From positions 1,736,001 through 1,800,000 of the forward strand of contig OX597827.1 in NCBI GenBank assembly GCA_951406725.2: a DNA stretch of 64,000 nucleotides, written 5' to 3'. The stretch comes from Octopus vulgaris (Eukaryota). Positions 25,491 to 39,565 of the stretch are shown here, piece after piece. Position numbers and translations under genes: made by a program. The notes beneath the pieces were generated by a model. The model searched no databases and had not been told where the DNA came from. It worked only from the letters and a program-made list of their open reading frames with translations. The first letter of the stretch is position 1; the number at the start of each line of letters is the position of its first letter.

Positions 25491-26903
25491 TTGAATTTTT
25501 TGGCCCCATGATTAGATCATCGCTTTAAACAGTAACAGCTCAGAAATAAATTCATTATAGTATTTAGTTCCCCACTCTATTAGTTATAGTTTCAAATCAC
25601 ATTGTGATCAATATCTTAATGGTGAGAGACATGACGAAATACCACAACGTATTTTGGGGTGATGTCATATTACCGATTCTACAAGCTACCTTTCCACTCT
25701 ACCTGCCATTATTGGCTTCCACGTAAATGCCGGCACCCAAAAGGTTTCAAGTCGATTCTAGGATATAGCAGATCATAATTACGAAACAGTGTAACACGCT
25801 GTGGGATCGAACCTGAAATTTCGAGGTTGCCCATAGAATTTCTTAACTACACAGATATAATTTTTATCAGTCTGGTTATACGTTCAAACTCTGGTGTGGT
25901 CATTTTCACCTTTAATCCGGTCGACTCCAGAAGCCTCGGGTGAGGCTTTTATGTTGGGGGCACTTTTGAGGCTACTGCATAAGCGTGTATAGGTTTGGGG
26001 CCCCGGGCTGGTTTGGTTGCATGGCACACACTCTAGCGGCGTGACTGGTTCTCTTCGAGAGTCAATTCATTTACTCCACTAAACTCGCAGAACAGACATC
26101 CAAGATGACATCGTGAGAAAGTGCCTCTTCATTGATTGGTATGATGTCACTCATAAACATATTCCAACCCCTGGATCGCAGATTTGCTGTCTGTCTTCTT
26201 TCGGTTCTCTCGCTGCCTCTCACTTTATTCTTTTTACTGCCGGGGTTTCACCTCTTTGGAGCTGGCTGGTATCAGGTCACACCCAGTCTGGTACTCCCGT
26301 TGTACTCACGTCTCTTCTTCACATAACGCTCATGTTGTGTTCACCACCACCACCACCACCACCACCACCTCAGACTCCACGCTGACAACCTCCACCTCCA
26401 CCTTCCCTTCCACTCTGCAGATTCTCCGTCTCATGGAACCTTCTGCATGCACGTGACCTTACCAAATCTTGAGAAAGTTGGTTTCTCAAAACCAGAAAGG
26501 AGAAAGCTGATTCGAAGACTACAGATCCAATCCATCACTGGAACTGTAAAAATCTGTAAAACTCTCTAGAAGTTTCTCATTTAAAAGTGTATAAGCCTTC
26601 TAGATATGCAAGAATATGGATGAGAAGACATACATAAAACAAAACACACAAATCTAAGACATATCTATCCATCCATTCGAGCAGTAGGATATATACCAAC
26701 CCGTCTGGGGCAAAATATGGCTGAACATGGAATCTTGGGGAGAGAATGGAAATCCTTAATTCCTGCACTACAAATGATCACGATATCAGAGCCTATAAAG
26801 ATCTTCTAAAACTTCTTAAGATTTAAGGGTTGACGATGAAATCAAGATACTTTCCTACACAACCTTGCTACCAAGTAGGTGGCCGGTCAAAAGTTATTCT
26901 AAA

Positions 26904-27378
26904 CTAGCAGTATATCCCGGCGTTGCTCGGGTTTGTTTTTTAGTTGCGCTTAAAACAGCAGACTTTGATGTCGCGTTAACGAAGTTTTGTTCGCTCAAAA
27001 CCAACGACATAACAAAAAACTTCTTTTCGACCCTTTAGAATTGGAATTTTTGAAAAGTAAAAATTTTGCATTATGTAGCTTGTTATTCTCTTTAAGTGAA
27101 CATTTTTCTGGTTGAAATACACCAAAAAATGGCGACACAGCAGTCAAAAAATCGTAAAAAACAGGGATTTCCATAGAAAAAAGCACCTTTTTGATGTAAA
27201 TAATTTTTGGCCTTAACTTGGTCTGATTTGAATTTTTTCTTCTACGGAATGAAGAGCAATTCTTCTTCTATCATATTTTGGTCAACTTGCGCCGCATGGT
27301 CTCGGAGGAGATAGTGTTAGTTGAAGGCTATCAAACCTGTCGCACACACACAGACAACTTCAGCTTTATATATATAGA
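26904..27378 (-). mobile_element. Non-autonomous Helitron
   Basis: Minus strand starts TC and ends CTAG, with subterminal hairpin CCCGAGC-AAC-GCCGGG. Inserted between A and T. Related 5'-end fragments near 29380-29575 and 37500-37680. Confidence 0.8.
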
Positions 27379-28403
27379 TTAAAAAGCGAAAGAGCATACA
27401 TACATACATACATACATACATACATACATACAAACAAACAAATATACCCTGTTGTTGATGCTGAAATTCCAATGAAGGAGCCTTGGATCCAGGTTAGAAA
27501 CTGGTTCTTTCTCTATTGGCAAGAAATTTTGAAATAAACCGAACAACGACATATGTGTATTCATATGTATGTATATATAATGTGCTGTGGGTGATTGTGT
27601 CTTTGCGTCTGTTTGTCCCACCACGACCACCACCACCGCTTGATAAACGGTATTGTCTTGCTTACGTCCTCGCAAAAAAGTGGTTCGGCAAAAGAGATCG
27701 ATAGCGTAAGCATTAAACATTTAAAAAGTCAGTATTATAGTGGTCGATCTATTTGATTGAAATCTTTCGAGGTGATGCTGTCCAATGATTGAAACAAGTA
27801 AAATGAATAAATAAATAAATAAATAAATAAATAAAAGTAAAGAGAAGCCACATTCCTCGCCTGAAAGTTATTGGACCATCTCCCAAAATTTACTGAAGCT
27901 TGTATTAGTTATCTCCCCTACAACTAATACTCTTTTGTTATCTGCGATAGTTTATTAAAAACTACCTTTTACCATTTATTTGTTCCTGTCATTAGACTGT
28001 GGTTTATGTTGGGGAACCGTCTTGAATAATTAATCGACCTCAGTGCTAATCTTTTGTTAAGTCTGGTACTTATTCTATCGGTCTTTCTTGCCGAACCGTT
28101 AAGTTATGGGGACGTAAAAATACAAACACCGGTTGTCAAATGGTGCTGGGAAGACAAACACACACGCAAAGACATGAACGCACACACACACACACACACA
28201 TGTGCTGAAATAGTTAAGGAGGTGTTTGAAGTTGAAAAGGTTACAGTGATGCGTTGACCAGTTCAGAAAAGCCTGAGCTTAATCCCATTGAAAACTTACG
28301 GAAGACACTTGGCGATAAGATCAGAGAGCATTGATTTGTGAATGTTACGATTTTGCGGGAAAAACTTCTGGAAGGAGGGTATGAAATTATGTCAGAACAT
28401 ATG

Positions 28404-28437
<34 letters not shown>

Positions 28438-30254
28438 TGTATGTATGTATGTATGTATGTATGTATGTATGTATGTATGTGTTTGTGTGTCTGTTTGTCT
28501 CCCAACATCGCTTGACAACCGAGGCTGGTGTGCTTACGTCCCCGTAACTTAGCGGTTCGTCGAAAGAGACCGATAGAATAAGTACTAGGCTTACAAAAAA
28601 TTAGTCCTGGGTGGAATTTCTAGACTAAATTCAAACGACTGAAACAAGTAAAAGTGTAAAAGTATATTGGTGTGGAATGCAAAAATTTCTGGCAAAATTT
28701 CGATGTCATACGTTCTCTAATTTTGTGCATCTTGTATTTTTCAAATAAGCATTTTGTGTTTTGTATTATAAATTACCTAGTTATTGATCACTTCCTACAA
28801 AATTCATTGTAAATAATGAACGTACTTTAAAGTACATGCAGTTACATTCGAAAAAATGAAGTAGAAATGTAAATAACTTTAATTTTATTTTCGTACTCTA
28901 ATTTTGGCCACTACTGTATATAATCTCTGTTTGTCTGTCTGTCCGTCTCTCTCTCTCTCTCCCTCTCTCTCTGTCTATATATATATATATATATATATAA
29001 ATGTATATATATGCATATATGTATGTATGTATATGTATGTATGCATGTGTATATATATATATATATATATATTTACGAGCGTATATATATACGAGCAAAA
29101 CGCCCCCCCCCCCGTCCAATGGACGGTGTTGAGTTGTCAAACATTTAAACCAAATTTTCTCAAAGCAACTTGTCCGACCGTCCCATAGGCCTCCCCTTTG
29201 AGAAACACTGGTTTAACCTAAATTTGAGACACCAGCAAAAAAAATAAATAAATAATAAATAAATAAAAGGAAGAAAGATAGACTTTTTTCTATTCCAAAG
29301 TAAAACGATTTTATTCACACAAATATGCAACCGAAGAGTTTAAAGTACCAGTAAGTACATCGCAACAGCTGATGTACTTGCGCGTACAAATGCATGTTCC
29401 CACGGCTTTATCGATCGCATTCTCAGCTGGAATCGATTTTTGTAATGTTTTCAAGACTTATACACGCCCTGATACCGTCGGTATCTACATATCAAATTTG
29501 AGCGCAATCAGATGGAGGATGTCTGGGATCCTAGAAGACACACACAGACAGAACGGATTTTATATAATAGATATATACATATAATAGATATATACATATA
29601 CACACACAATGGACTTCTTTCAGTTTCCGCCTACCAAATCCACTCACAAGGCTTTGGTCAGCCCGAGGGTGTAGGTGCCATGCAGTAGGACTGAAACCGT
29701 AACCATGTGGTTGGGAAGCAAACTTCTTACCACACAGCCACCCCTGCACCTATATTATCTAACAATAATCATTTTGTATCTCGTGGGGTGGGACGTTATG
29801 TCGGTAATAAGCATCCCCGCTGGTTTTATTTCATGTCTTTTATTATTAGTCAATTAATTAGCCATTCAATCAAGTGTTTGATTAATTAATCGGTCATTCA
29901 ATATCTCAGCCACGTTTGTCAAAATCCTTTCGTGACAATAAGCGAAAAATATCCAGTAAAAAGTAGTTTAGAAAAACGGTGGTGAGCTGATAGAATCGTT
30001 TGCAAGTCGGACAAAAACCTTGGAGGCATTTCTTCAGGCTTTTCACGTTCTGAGTTCGAATTCCACCGAGGCCAACTTTGCTTTTCGTCCTTTCCAAGTC
30101 GATAAAACAAAATACCAGTCAAGTATTGGAGTCGATGTAATCGACTTGTCCACCTCCATTCAAAAATTGTTGGCTTCAAATCTTGCAATGAACCGATTCC
30201 CTTCCAAGTGGAATGTTTTGATCCTGGATCTCTGTACGGGATGTTCGGGCTAAA

Positions 30255-31240
30255 TTTGAAGTTTTGTAATGTGTCTCTTTTTTCAGGAAGAGTTTGATGT
30301 GTTGGCGAACAGTCAACAGCGTTGGTGTGTATAATGATTAAAGCCGTAGTTAAGTAAAAGTTAGGCCATTTGGAGGACTGGAATCCATCTGAATATTGGA
30401 AAAGAATCACCTGTACCATGATGATTTGCACTGGGTGTCAAAATGTCGATATGATAACTGCTGCTCAATGCTCTGTGAACACTGTAAAAGTTGTAAGACG
30501 TAACATGGACAGCTGCAGCAGAAAGTACAAAACCATGACCAGCAGAAAAGAACACAGAAAACCATCTGGTTGCATCTCCAAGCCGGAGTTCTTCCAACAA
30601 ATGCAGGACAAGGTGATAAAAAATCAGAGCAAGGGAATCCAAGCTTTGGCGAGTGAGATGGGTGTTGGAGTCGCCACCATGAAGCTGTTCCTAAATGTGG
30701 ACCTTCGCTATCACTCGTACAAGAGACGTAATGCACAAATTCAGACAGTAAAAGCCAAGGAGAACCGCTTGACGAAAGTGAAGAAGCTCCTGAACAAGCT
30801 GATGCATCCTGTTGGTCTGGGGATAGTCTGGTTCTTTTCCGATGGAAAGAACTTCTGCCAGAATCAATTCCACAACACTCCGAATAACAGGTGGCTTGTA
30901 ATGTCCTACATATCATGGAAACCAAGTTCCCCCGAACTGTGATGCATTTATGGTGTTTCTCCAGCGAGGGTGGCGTCATGCCGCACCATATCTTTGGGCA
31001 AGACCTTAGGTTTAATCCAGACGGCTGTGTGAAGCTGCTGGAAACTGTGGTCAAACCCTGGCTGGAGGGGGTTGCTTCTGGAAAGTCATAAGTGTAACAG
31101 TAGGTTTCGGCTCCATGCCATATTTCCGGTAAGAGTCAGAGGTGGCTGTCGGAGAATTTCTACGACTTCATCAGCCCCAATTTCTGGCCCCTCCAAATTG
31201 CCCCGATTGTAACGCCATGGATTATAATTTGTGGGGCGTA
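30255..31240 (+). mobile_element. maT (DD37D)-like transposase pseudogene
   Basis: WFFSDGKNFCQ.Q.HN..NNRWL, TKFP.TVM.....SSEG.VMP and PPNCPDCNAMDY motifs. Confidence 0.9.
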
Positions 31241-33070
31241 GATATGAAAGAGGGAGAGAGAGAGGCGGGGGCTGGGCGCAAAGCTGACTTTGGTAGGATT
31301 TTCACTCGGAATATTTTATCCGGGAACATTTATTGCGAGGCATTTCATTTGAGTTGCTGAGTCTCGAGGAAGGGCAGGTACTCATGTTCTCTGAAGCCTT
31401 TCTGATACCGGTCAGCTTGGAACCCTTAATGTTTCCTTAACGTTCTACTGCTGTGGTACGCAATCGCTTTCTTCTTTTCATATACACTTCCTGACATGCT
31501 TGAGCTCAAAGAAACGAAATATCAATTACGGATAAAAAACAAAGTGCTTCCAAGTTAAACACTTTAGAAAAGAAATCCAGAAATACTATGGTTTATCTAA
31601 TTTTGAGGTACGCAAGTACGTTTCATACTTGCGTAATCCAATATTATGAATAAAGCATTTGGCAAAAATGTTCGAGAATTAATATGGATTCTCCGCATTG
31701 AAAGAACACAGTTTCGATATGTGATTAGAATGACGCAGGAAAGATTCGCAAGATGGATTCTTCAGACCGAGCCAGGAAACTTAGCCGCTGATAATATCCA
31801 TAGTCTTCGTTGGTCACTCTTAGGAATGCTGCTGGAAAGTCTAATGACGATTGTTTCCGATAGGACCCAATGGAGGTGGTAGGTGTCTGAGGATTCTACT
31901 ATCAAGGTGAAATAGTAATCGCAGGGGTCCTTAGCTTAAAAAATCGGTGGAGACCCACTGTTTCAAGCCGTTTTCCAAGTTGTCGACTTCTCCAAAGATT
32001 TGTGCAAGCAGAAGATTCCGTGGGACCGAGAATCAGCCAAGTGAAATGGAAGGAGTGGATATAGTGTTCAGCGTGGAGTTGGTGGTGGTGGTGGTGGGGA
32101 ACACAACATGACTGATGAGAGGGGGAAAGACGTGAGTACATGAGGAGTACCAGATCGGAGGTGACCTGATACCAGCCAGCTCCAAAGAGGCGAAGTCGCT
32201 GCATTAACAAGTTTAAAGAGAGTTGAAAGAAGATAGACAGCAAGTCGTGGGTGGAAAGACAAAAAATGATTGATAAATAATACCTTTAAATTATATTTTT
32301 TAAAAAAATCAACGTTGCATTGTTTGGGAAACCTAGCGTTAATGATTCTCCCAATATCCTGCCAATAGGTAACACTTACATTCATAAAGTTGAAACCGTT
32401 TTCCAAACTATTACCTATGCTGCCGAAGATTATGAATATTCCAGCGCTACATTTTCAATATACTTTCTTTAGAATTAAAATATTTCCACTCTCTTGCGAT
32501 TTTTCTCGTCTTTTCCTGCAATTCAGTTTTATTATTTCTTTTATAAATTCTGTTATAAATTTATGTTTATAATTATTTCCTTGTATTATTGTAAGGAAAT
32601 GCAAATTTATGCAAATGAGATAAAATTTAATGATTTTTAAAATCATTTATTTATTTGTTTGTGTGTCTGTTTATGAATTTATTTTAAAGCTGTTTTAAGA
32701 ATTATCTTATTTGTTTCAAGTTCTTCTATGAAAGCTTCTCGGTTAGGAAAAAAAATTGATAAAAGAACTTTGGTTATGTTCTGTCGATAAAGACGATGAC
32801 GTCATGATATCACGTGTCATCAAACAGAATATTGAGATGATGATGCGCCTGCGTGAGTTGGCAGTCGTTGCTGGATACACCGAACCGACTATCAAGTAAT
32901 TGTGGCGTTGTATATACACATATACATACGTACGTACATATATACATACATACACACACTCACGTACCCAAGCATGCATACATACATACATACATACATG
33001 CATACATACACACATATATACGCACATGTATATATGTAAATATACATACATAAATTCATACATACATATA

Positions 33071-33109
<39 letters not shown>

Positions 33110-33135
33110 CATACATATATATAATATATACAATA

Positions 33136-33188
<53 letters not shown>

Positions 33189-33497
33189 TATATATACGCA
33201 CACACATACATACACACATGTATATCTTTACACGTATACAAATATTATGGCTGGATAGTTTTATAAAAGGTTTGAAATGATCTAAATGTTATTTGAACCT
33301 AGTAATACTTTCAACCTGTTTCCAATGCTCTGCAGCTCTCACACCCACCAGAAACACTGCATTTGATAATGTATTTATTTTACTGGCTTCAATGATGCAC
33401 GGGTGTATTCGAAGCACCCCGTCTTCAGCGGAGCATATTCGGAAAACAAAGAGAGCATTAGGAACGTGGGTGAATTTAGTCGGTGGCAACTGTGTGC

Positions 33498-33579
<82 letters not shown>

Positions 33580-33639
33580 TCGTGTGTGTGTCTTTGTGTT
33601 CCGGTTTGTTCTCCACCTCTTGAAAACCGGTACTCTCTC

Positions 33640-33905
33640 TCTTTTACTCTTTTACTCTTTTACTTGTTTCAGTCATTTGACTGCGGCCATGCTGGAGCAC
33701 CACCTTTAGTCGAGCAACTCAACCCCGGGACTTATTCTTTTGTAAGCCCAGTACTTATTCTATCGGTCCCTTTTGTCGAACCGCTAGGTGACGGGGACGT
33801 AAACACACCAGCATCGGTTGTCAAGCAATGCTAGGGGAACAAACACAGACACACAAACACAGACACACAGACACAGACACACAAACACAGACACACAAAC
33901 ACACA
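33640..33905 (-). mobile_element. SINE family A, 3' half
   Basis: Matches the family A tail. Other partial copies at about 27570-27810, 27965-28200, 28480-28660, 29600-29750, 43778-43945 and 47750-47910. Confidence 0.85.
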
Positions 33906-33909
33906 CACA

Positions 33910-33943
<34 letters not shown>

Positions 33944-34699
33944 GTATGGATTTCTTTAAATTTCCATAAACTAGTGGTTCGACAAAAGAGACTGATAAAA
34001 TAAGTGACAGACTTGCAAAAAAGCAGAAGTACAGGGGTCAATCTGTTCGAATGAAACCCTTTGAGGTTGTGCCCAAGGATGGCTGCAGTCCAGCGACGGA
34101 AACAAATATGAAAGCCGTTGGTGTAATGTTATCTCTTTCTTTTTAAAAGAGAGTTGACCGAGATTGGAGGATTTCGTTGTTGTCTTCAACATCTGCTGTT
34201 TGGGAACGTAAGCCTGCTGCAGTTGCCTCCCTTACATCCCAAGCATTAACTTGTATTGTCACATAACGGGCAAAGAAATGAACGAATGAATTAATTATAA
34301 TTAATTGAGGAAGGAGGGAAGGAAAGAAGGAAGGAAGGAAGGGGGGGGCATGAAAGGAAAGACGGAGTAAGAAACAGAGGAAGGATGGAAGAAATGAATA
34401 AGCGAAGGAAAACAAAATGATGAAGGGAAAGAATGCAGAAGGAAAGAATGGAAGAAGAAAGAATGAAGCAAGGAAGGAAGGAAAGAAAGGAAAGGTGGAA
34501 GGAAGGGAAGAAAGAAGGAAGGGAAGTAGGATGGCTAAACGTTAAGAACATCGAAGATTTTTTAAAATGTAAGGAAAAGAATGCTGGGAAGAAAACGAGA
34601 GGAAGAGGAGGAGGAGAAGAAGAAGAAGAAGAAGAAGAAGAAGAAGAAGAAGAAGAAGAAGAAATAGAGAGAGAGAGAGAACAGTCATCAGAAGGACGA

Positions 34700-35935
34700 A
34701 AGCTGTCTACCCCTCCCGACTAAAAGAAGACAGCAGGGTGATCTCCAAGATAGACTTAGCCGATAGCTGGATCCGTTCTACACGCAACAACAGCTGTTCG
34801 ACAAATCTCCCCGAGTCTGTAATACCTGGGCATTGGTCAAATGCATACAGAACGGACAGGTCCGTCTGACAGCAATTCTGTACCTGTAGAGCTTGTCTCG
34901 AACTGTCAGAGCACCCCGGTAGCACTACTAGGCTAGGGATTTCTGGATATTGTCCATAGGTCCCGGCTCGAAAGTCCCCTCCGGTGAAGATCATCGAAAT
35001 TATCTTTCCCGGCGACCAGAGATTCACCGAGAACGTCATCGCATTTACTCGCCTCTGAACCCTTATAGAACATCAATGTGACACTTCCACCGACCGCGTT
35101 GCCCGACTGACACTCCAGGGGTCAAGAGCTCTGCCTCGGTCTATGCTTGATCCAGGACTGCTGTTCGTCAATGAGACGAGCTTTACAGAATCCCGTCTCA
35201 CAAACGGTAACCACATCTGCTCATCGTCAAGGAAAGGCTGGGGGTATCGCAGCCTCAGCGCATGTCTGTGCAGTATGGGCAACTGTATGCTTAGCCCTCC
35301 TTGTAGCGGCTGCTGACAGCAAATGAGCCGTCTGAGAAGCGGAACCCGCCCCTTCCATAGAAAGCAAAACAGTAGGCGCTTCTGCTTGATCAGCAATGGA
35401 GCAGGGCAAAGGACGACGGTCAAACGGTAGTAGATGATGGGTGCGATGTACGCATGCGCAAACTCCGCCTAACTTTTCAGGGACAACTTCTCGTCCTGTT
35501 TCTGGGTGAGGCTGGCCACCTTACTCGTTACTTCTCCCCACCCAATTCTTGTTTACCTGGACCAAACGAGACCCCGATCAATTTAACCAGTCCTTCTATT
35601 CAGCGCCCTACGTTACTGTCGGTTGGCATGGACCTGCCTCTCCAAGTACTGAGCTGCAGACCCACTGACTTCTCGTGACACGTGAGCCAGCACATGCAGA
35701 AGAAGCGAGAGTGAACATCCTTGGCAGACCGAACGCTCGATGCTAAACTATTTCTATGGGAGGATATTCACTTTAACCATCGGGCAGATGTCACTGTACA
35801 TTGCAGCGATCCAGCCTTTATAAACAGGACCAAAACCAACTGCTACGGGGACAGCTGGCGAGTATTGATGGTTGACCCTACCGAAAACCTTGGGTAGAGC
35901 CTTGATTAATCTGGGTTTATCGAAAGCTTTCAATA
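34700..35935 (-). mobile_element. Tx1/L1-clade LINE ORF2 remnant
   Basis: LFCFLWKGRVPLLRRLICCQQPLQGGL, typical of Tx1 ORF2 after the RT. GFGPV..GWIAAMY segment upstream. Confidence 0.75.
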
Positions 35936-36039
35936 TTGATCCAAATTGTTCAAAGCCTCATCCATGCCAGGTTCCTTACCTACTCTCTCTGTATAGATAT
36001 ATTGTACCACCTGACGTGGAGGTTGTCGTGGATAGATCT

Positions 36040-37230
36040 GTTAGGGATATCGCATGTCTGCCCTTTGCCAATCGTATACAGTGCAAAGATTGACTCAAAC
36101 AGTAGCGATCAACTTAAAATATATATTGAGGCAACGGAACACGCATTAAACATTAATTATTACAAACATAAACACTCACTTGTAAGCCCGACAGAAAATG
36201 TGCAATGGCTTTGTTGATGTTTATATGGCTCTTGCGTGAGACAAGTTACCATGAATTAAAAATTACCTAGCCTGTTGTAGATAATGCACAACTTTACAAG
36301 AACGGGGACTTCAAATCAAAAGTGCGGTGTGACCTTTGTTTGCGCGAAAAACTGGGAATTGTGATTCAAGGCACTAATAGTTTGAACAGAAGAAAGGAGC
36401 TGTTAACACCTTGTATGTATACAGCTAAGTATCTTTTATGCAAATACAGATCGCCTTGAATTTTATTATGGTTCAGAGAGGAAAAAGCGTTGGTTTTCGG
36501 AATGTTTAATTAATAGGTTTTATTGAAATAAGTTTTAAATATGTGTGTGTGTGTGTGTACGTGTTTGAATGTATTTAAACATATGTGTATATGTATACAA
36601 GTATGTGTGTATACATGAATATATAATTCTGTGTATATATTTGTGTCTGCGTCTGCACTTGCGCATACAAAACGAACTTTCGCTTACATACTCGTTGTTT
36701 TTGAAAACGTTAAATAAAAGTATTATTTTGGAACATTGCTTAAACAACAACGTAATTTCATAACTTCGATTCTATGAAGTTTAAGACGTTTTCAGAAAAA
36801 TATTACCATGAGAACCAGAAATGAAATCTAAAGCTGGAGCTTGAAGCAGCCGTTTGCGCAAGTGTCGTTCAATTTTCTAAACGAAAGAACTTAACGATAA
36901 GCGTTTATCATTGATAAACCTCGCTAAGATAAATATTTCAATCACCTGAAGATTGACTGTAACCATAACTCGAATTATTACGGATTGGACAGCCATGAAA
37001 CGATCGTAGTGTTTTACTCATTATCTTTTATTAAACTTTTAATAATTTTGATATATATTTAAAATAATATAAATTAATTAATTTTATGTATTGGCTTAAG
37101 TTTTTCATTGTTTGATTTGCCTAATAGTGGTTTTATCTCTAATTTAATATAATATAATATTTTACTATAAAATTGGATTCAATCCTAAATCTGATTTTTC
37201 CCTGTAAGTTTGGATTTATTCCCTAATATT
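36040..37230 (+). mobile_element. Penelope-like element 3' end (Naiad-like GIY-YIG, 3' UTR, hammerhead)
   Basis: CPLPIVYSAKI...IYIEATE...YYKHKHS, then RCDLCLREKL...LNRRKELLTPC. Hammerhead downstream. Confidence 0.8.
36943..37011 (+). ncRNA. Type I hammerhead motif, extended stem II
   Basis: CAC-CTGAAGA-(long stem II)-GAAA-CGATCG-TA-GTG. Palindromic stem III ACGATCGT, GUA triplet. Confidence 0.75.
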
Positions 37231-37231
37231 T

Positions 37232-37291
<60 letters not shown>

Positions 37292-38029
37292 TGACCATTT
37301 TTCAGTTTTTATATCGTTTACATGCCTGTTCCAACATTCCCCATTACTTTATTTATTAAAACTTCCGACGTTGAATGTATTGCCGTCTTCATGTCATCAC
37401 GCACAAAATGCCAGCTCCCAGATTCTATTTTCTGATTGGGTAAAAATAATCAAACTTTAAAACCTCTGCAACATTTTTCTAATTTTTTTTCTTTCTGAAA
37501 CAAGTGAATCACAATTCACGTGAAAAATTACATGAATATACCAAATTTTAAAATTTTTACTTGATTTTAAAGTTTCAAAAATTGTGAGCCAATCAGAAAA
37601 GATCCTATACACGGACAGACAGACAGATAGACCTCCCCCCACACATGCAGACATACACACACATATATCTATATAAGATTTCGAAGAAAAGGTTGAAAAT
37701 ATTTATGGGTTTATGCATATTCCGAATTTTCGCCAAAGTATCCTTACGAATCAGAGGACCCACAACCTTTTGGAGAAGTATCAAAGCCTGGCAAGGGGCC
37801 TCACAACAGCCCCACAACGTTTAATATTTTTCTGTTATATTTTGTGGTAGGAAATGCTTTTTACGTTATATTTTATTTGCTAGAAATGATTTTTAGAATG
37901 TAAATGTAACTTCTTTTGACTTTCGAATGGAAAGTGGGGCTCTTTCAATACAATAATAAACAGCTAAGTAAAACAAGGGTTTTTTGTTTACGAAGAAATT
38001 ATTGTTTGTTTCGGAATAAGATATGACTG

Positions 38030-39565
38030 CAAGCTAAAAGGAAGTGTAGAGAATATAGTGTGGAATATCATAAGTATGGTTTTGTACCATCACCAAATAA
38101 CCAGGAACAATCAATGTGTGAGAAAGGTTTTTCCAACCGAGGCCATCAAATCTTCCCGGCTTCTTGAACATTTGAAAAAAATACACTCTAAAAAAGTAGA
38201 GAAAAACTTGAATTATTTTCAGTCACTTCGAGAAAACATTCAGAAGCGGAAGATCTTTGTAAATATGTTTGCTAGCATTTCACAACAAGTTAGTGATGGT
38301 CTGCGTGCATCATACAGCACCTTATTGCTGATTACTAGATCTGACAAGCGTCATACAATTAAGGTGGAGCTTATTCTGCAAGAAACATGAGAGGTTTTTC
38401 CCACGGTTGTACATAAGTTACCTTAAGAAATGATTGAATCTTTTCCTCTTACTGATAATTTTGTTCAAAGGAGAGGGGATGGAATGGCAGCAAACACCGA
38501 AGAGATATTGCGCATCATACTTACCTGGCGAAAATAAATTTAAGACCGAAGATAAAAGTTCTATTTCTTACAAAATATTTTGTTACTAACACCATACAAA
38601 TTATTTCTATCTTTTACACCTTATGCAGAATTTATTTCTCTTTCGAACGATGCAGGCAATAACTATTTTTTTGCAACTTGAAGAATTCTATTGCTAAGTT
38701 AATATAAACGTTTCAAATTTACCGGCAAAATTAGTTTAATACCATGTAATATATATGCATTTTTTCTTTGCCAAAATGGGTGGTCACACAACTAGCTTAA
38801 CTGCACTATATAGTGTCATAATTTAACGTTATTATACAATTGATTAATAATGGGAAAACAACGTAGCCTCAGTCCAATCACGAGAGCAAAAATCGCATTA
38901 CTCCACCTGAAAAAAGTTTCCTTTTCGAACATCAGCAAGCAACTAAAGTGCAGTAAAACGGCTTGCGTGCAAGCGTGGAAGTTATACTCGGAGATTGGTC
39001 AATATAAAGATCGGCAAAGGACTGACGCCCCAAGAAAAACGACAATTCTTCAAGTTGTATAAAAATAGTAATTGTCTGCATCATTCGAAAGAGAAATAAA
39101 TTCTGCATAAGGTGTAAAAAATAAAAATAATTTGTATGGTGTTAGTAACAAAATATTTTGTGAGAAATAGAACTTTTATCATCGGTATTAAATTCATTTT
39201 CGCCAGTGTAGAACAACTGAAAGTAAATGAGTCCACTTTCCAAACAATAAAAGTTTCCTTCTTGCCTAGGTTCGGCTCGTCAAAGACGATCATCTGGTTC
39301 TAGAGCTATTATTTGCAAAAGAACTAGAAACAGACACATAAGGAGATTCAATATTTCGTGTCATTGAGATGATTTTCAAAATGAAAGACATCCCACTTAT
39401 CCAAATTTTAGCTTCTACAACAGAATGGGCACCATCAATTGCAGGTTGTCATTGTGGCTTCATTAGTTTAGAGATAAATGTTGTACCGGGTATTCCTTCA
39501 GTGGGTACTAGGAATGTGCTCCGCGAGCTAAGGGGCGGCAGCCCGATAAAACTTGGGAAACACTG
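38030..39565 (+). mobile_element. hAT (Charlie/Buster-like) transposase remnant
   Basis: K.SRLLEHLKKIH, LRASY..LLLI.RS.K.HTI..ELI and NEST segments. Terminus ttgggaaacactg at about 39552-39564. Confidence 0.75.
38524..39208 (+). mobile_element. Internally deleted Tc1 element with about 165-bp TIRs
   Basis: TIRs 38524-38687 and 39044-39208, flanked by TA. Internal MGKQRSLS...APRKTT paired-HTH fragment. Confidence 0.9.

Noticed and set aside
32113-32145. CTGATGA...GAAA hammerhead-like spacing
   Set aside because: The intervening GAGGGG cannot form stem II and stem I does not close.
36806-36846. SECIS-like ATGA..AAA..GA in the Naiad-like 3' UTR
   Set aside because: Spacing fits but helix II pairs poorly, and no conserved in-frame UGA could be shown in the decayed ORF. 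A SECISearch run on the family consensus would settle it.
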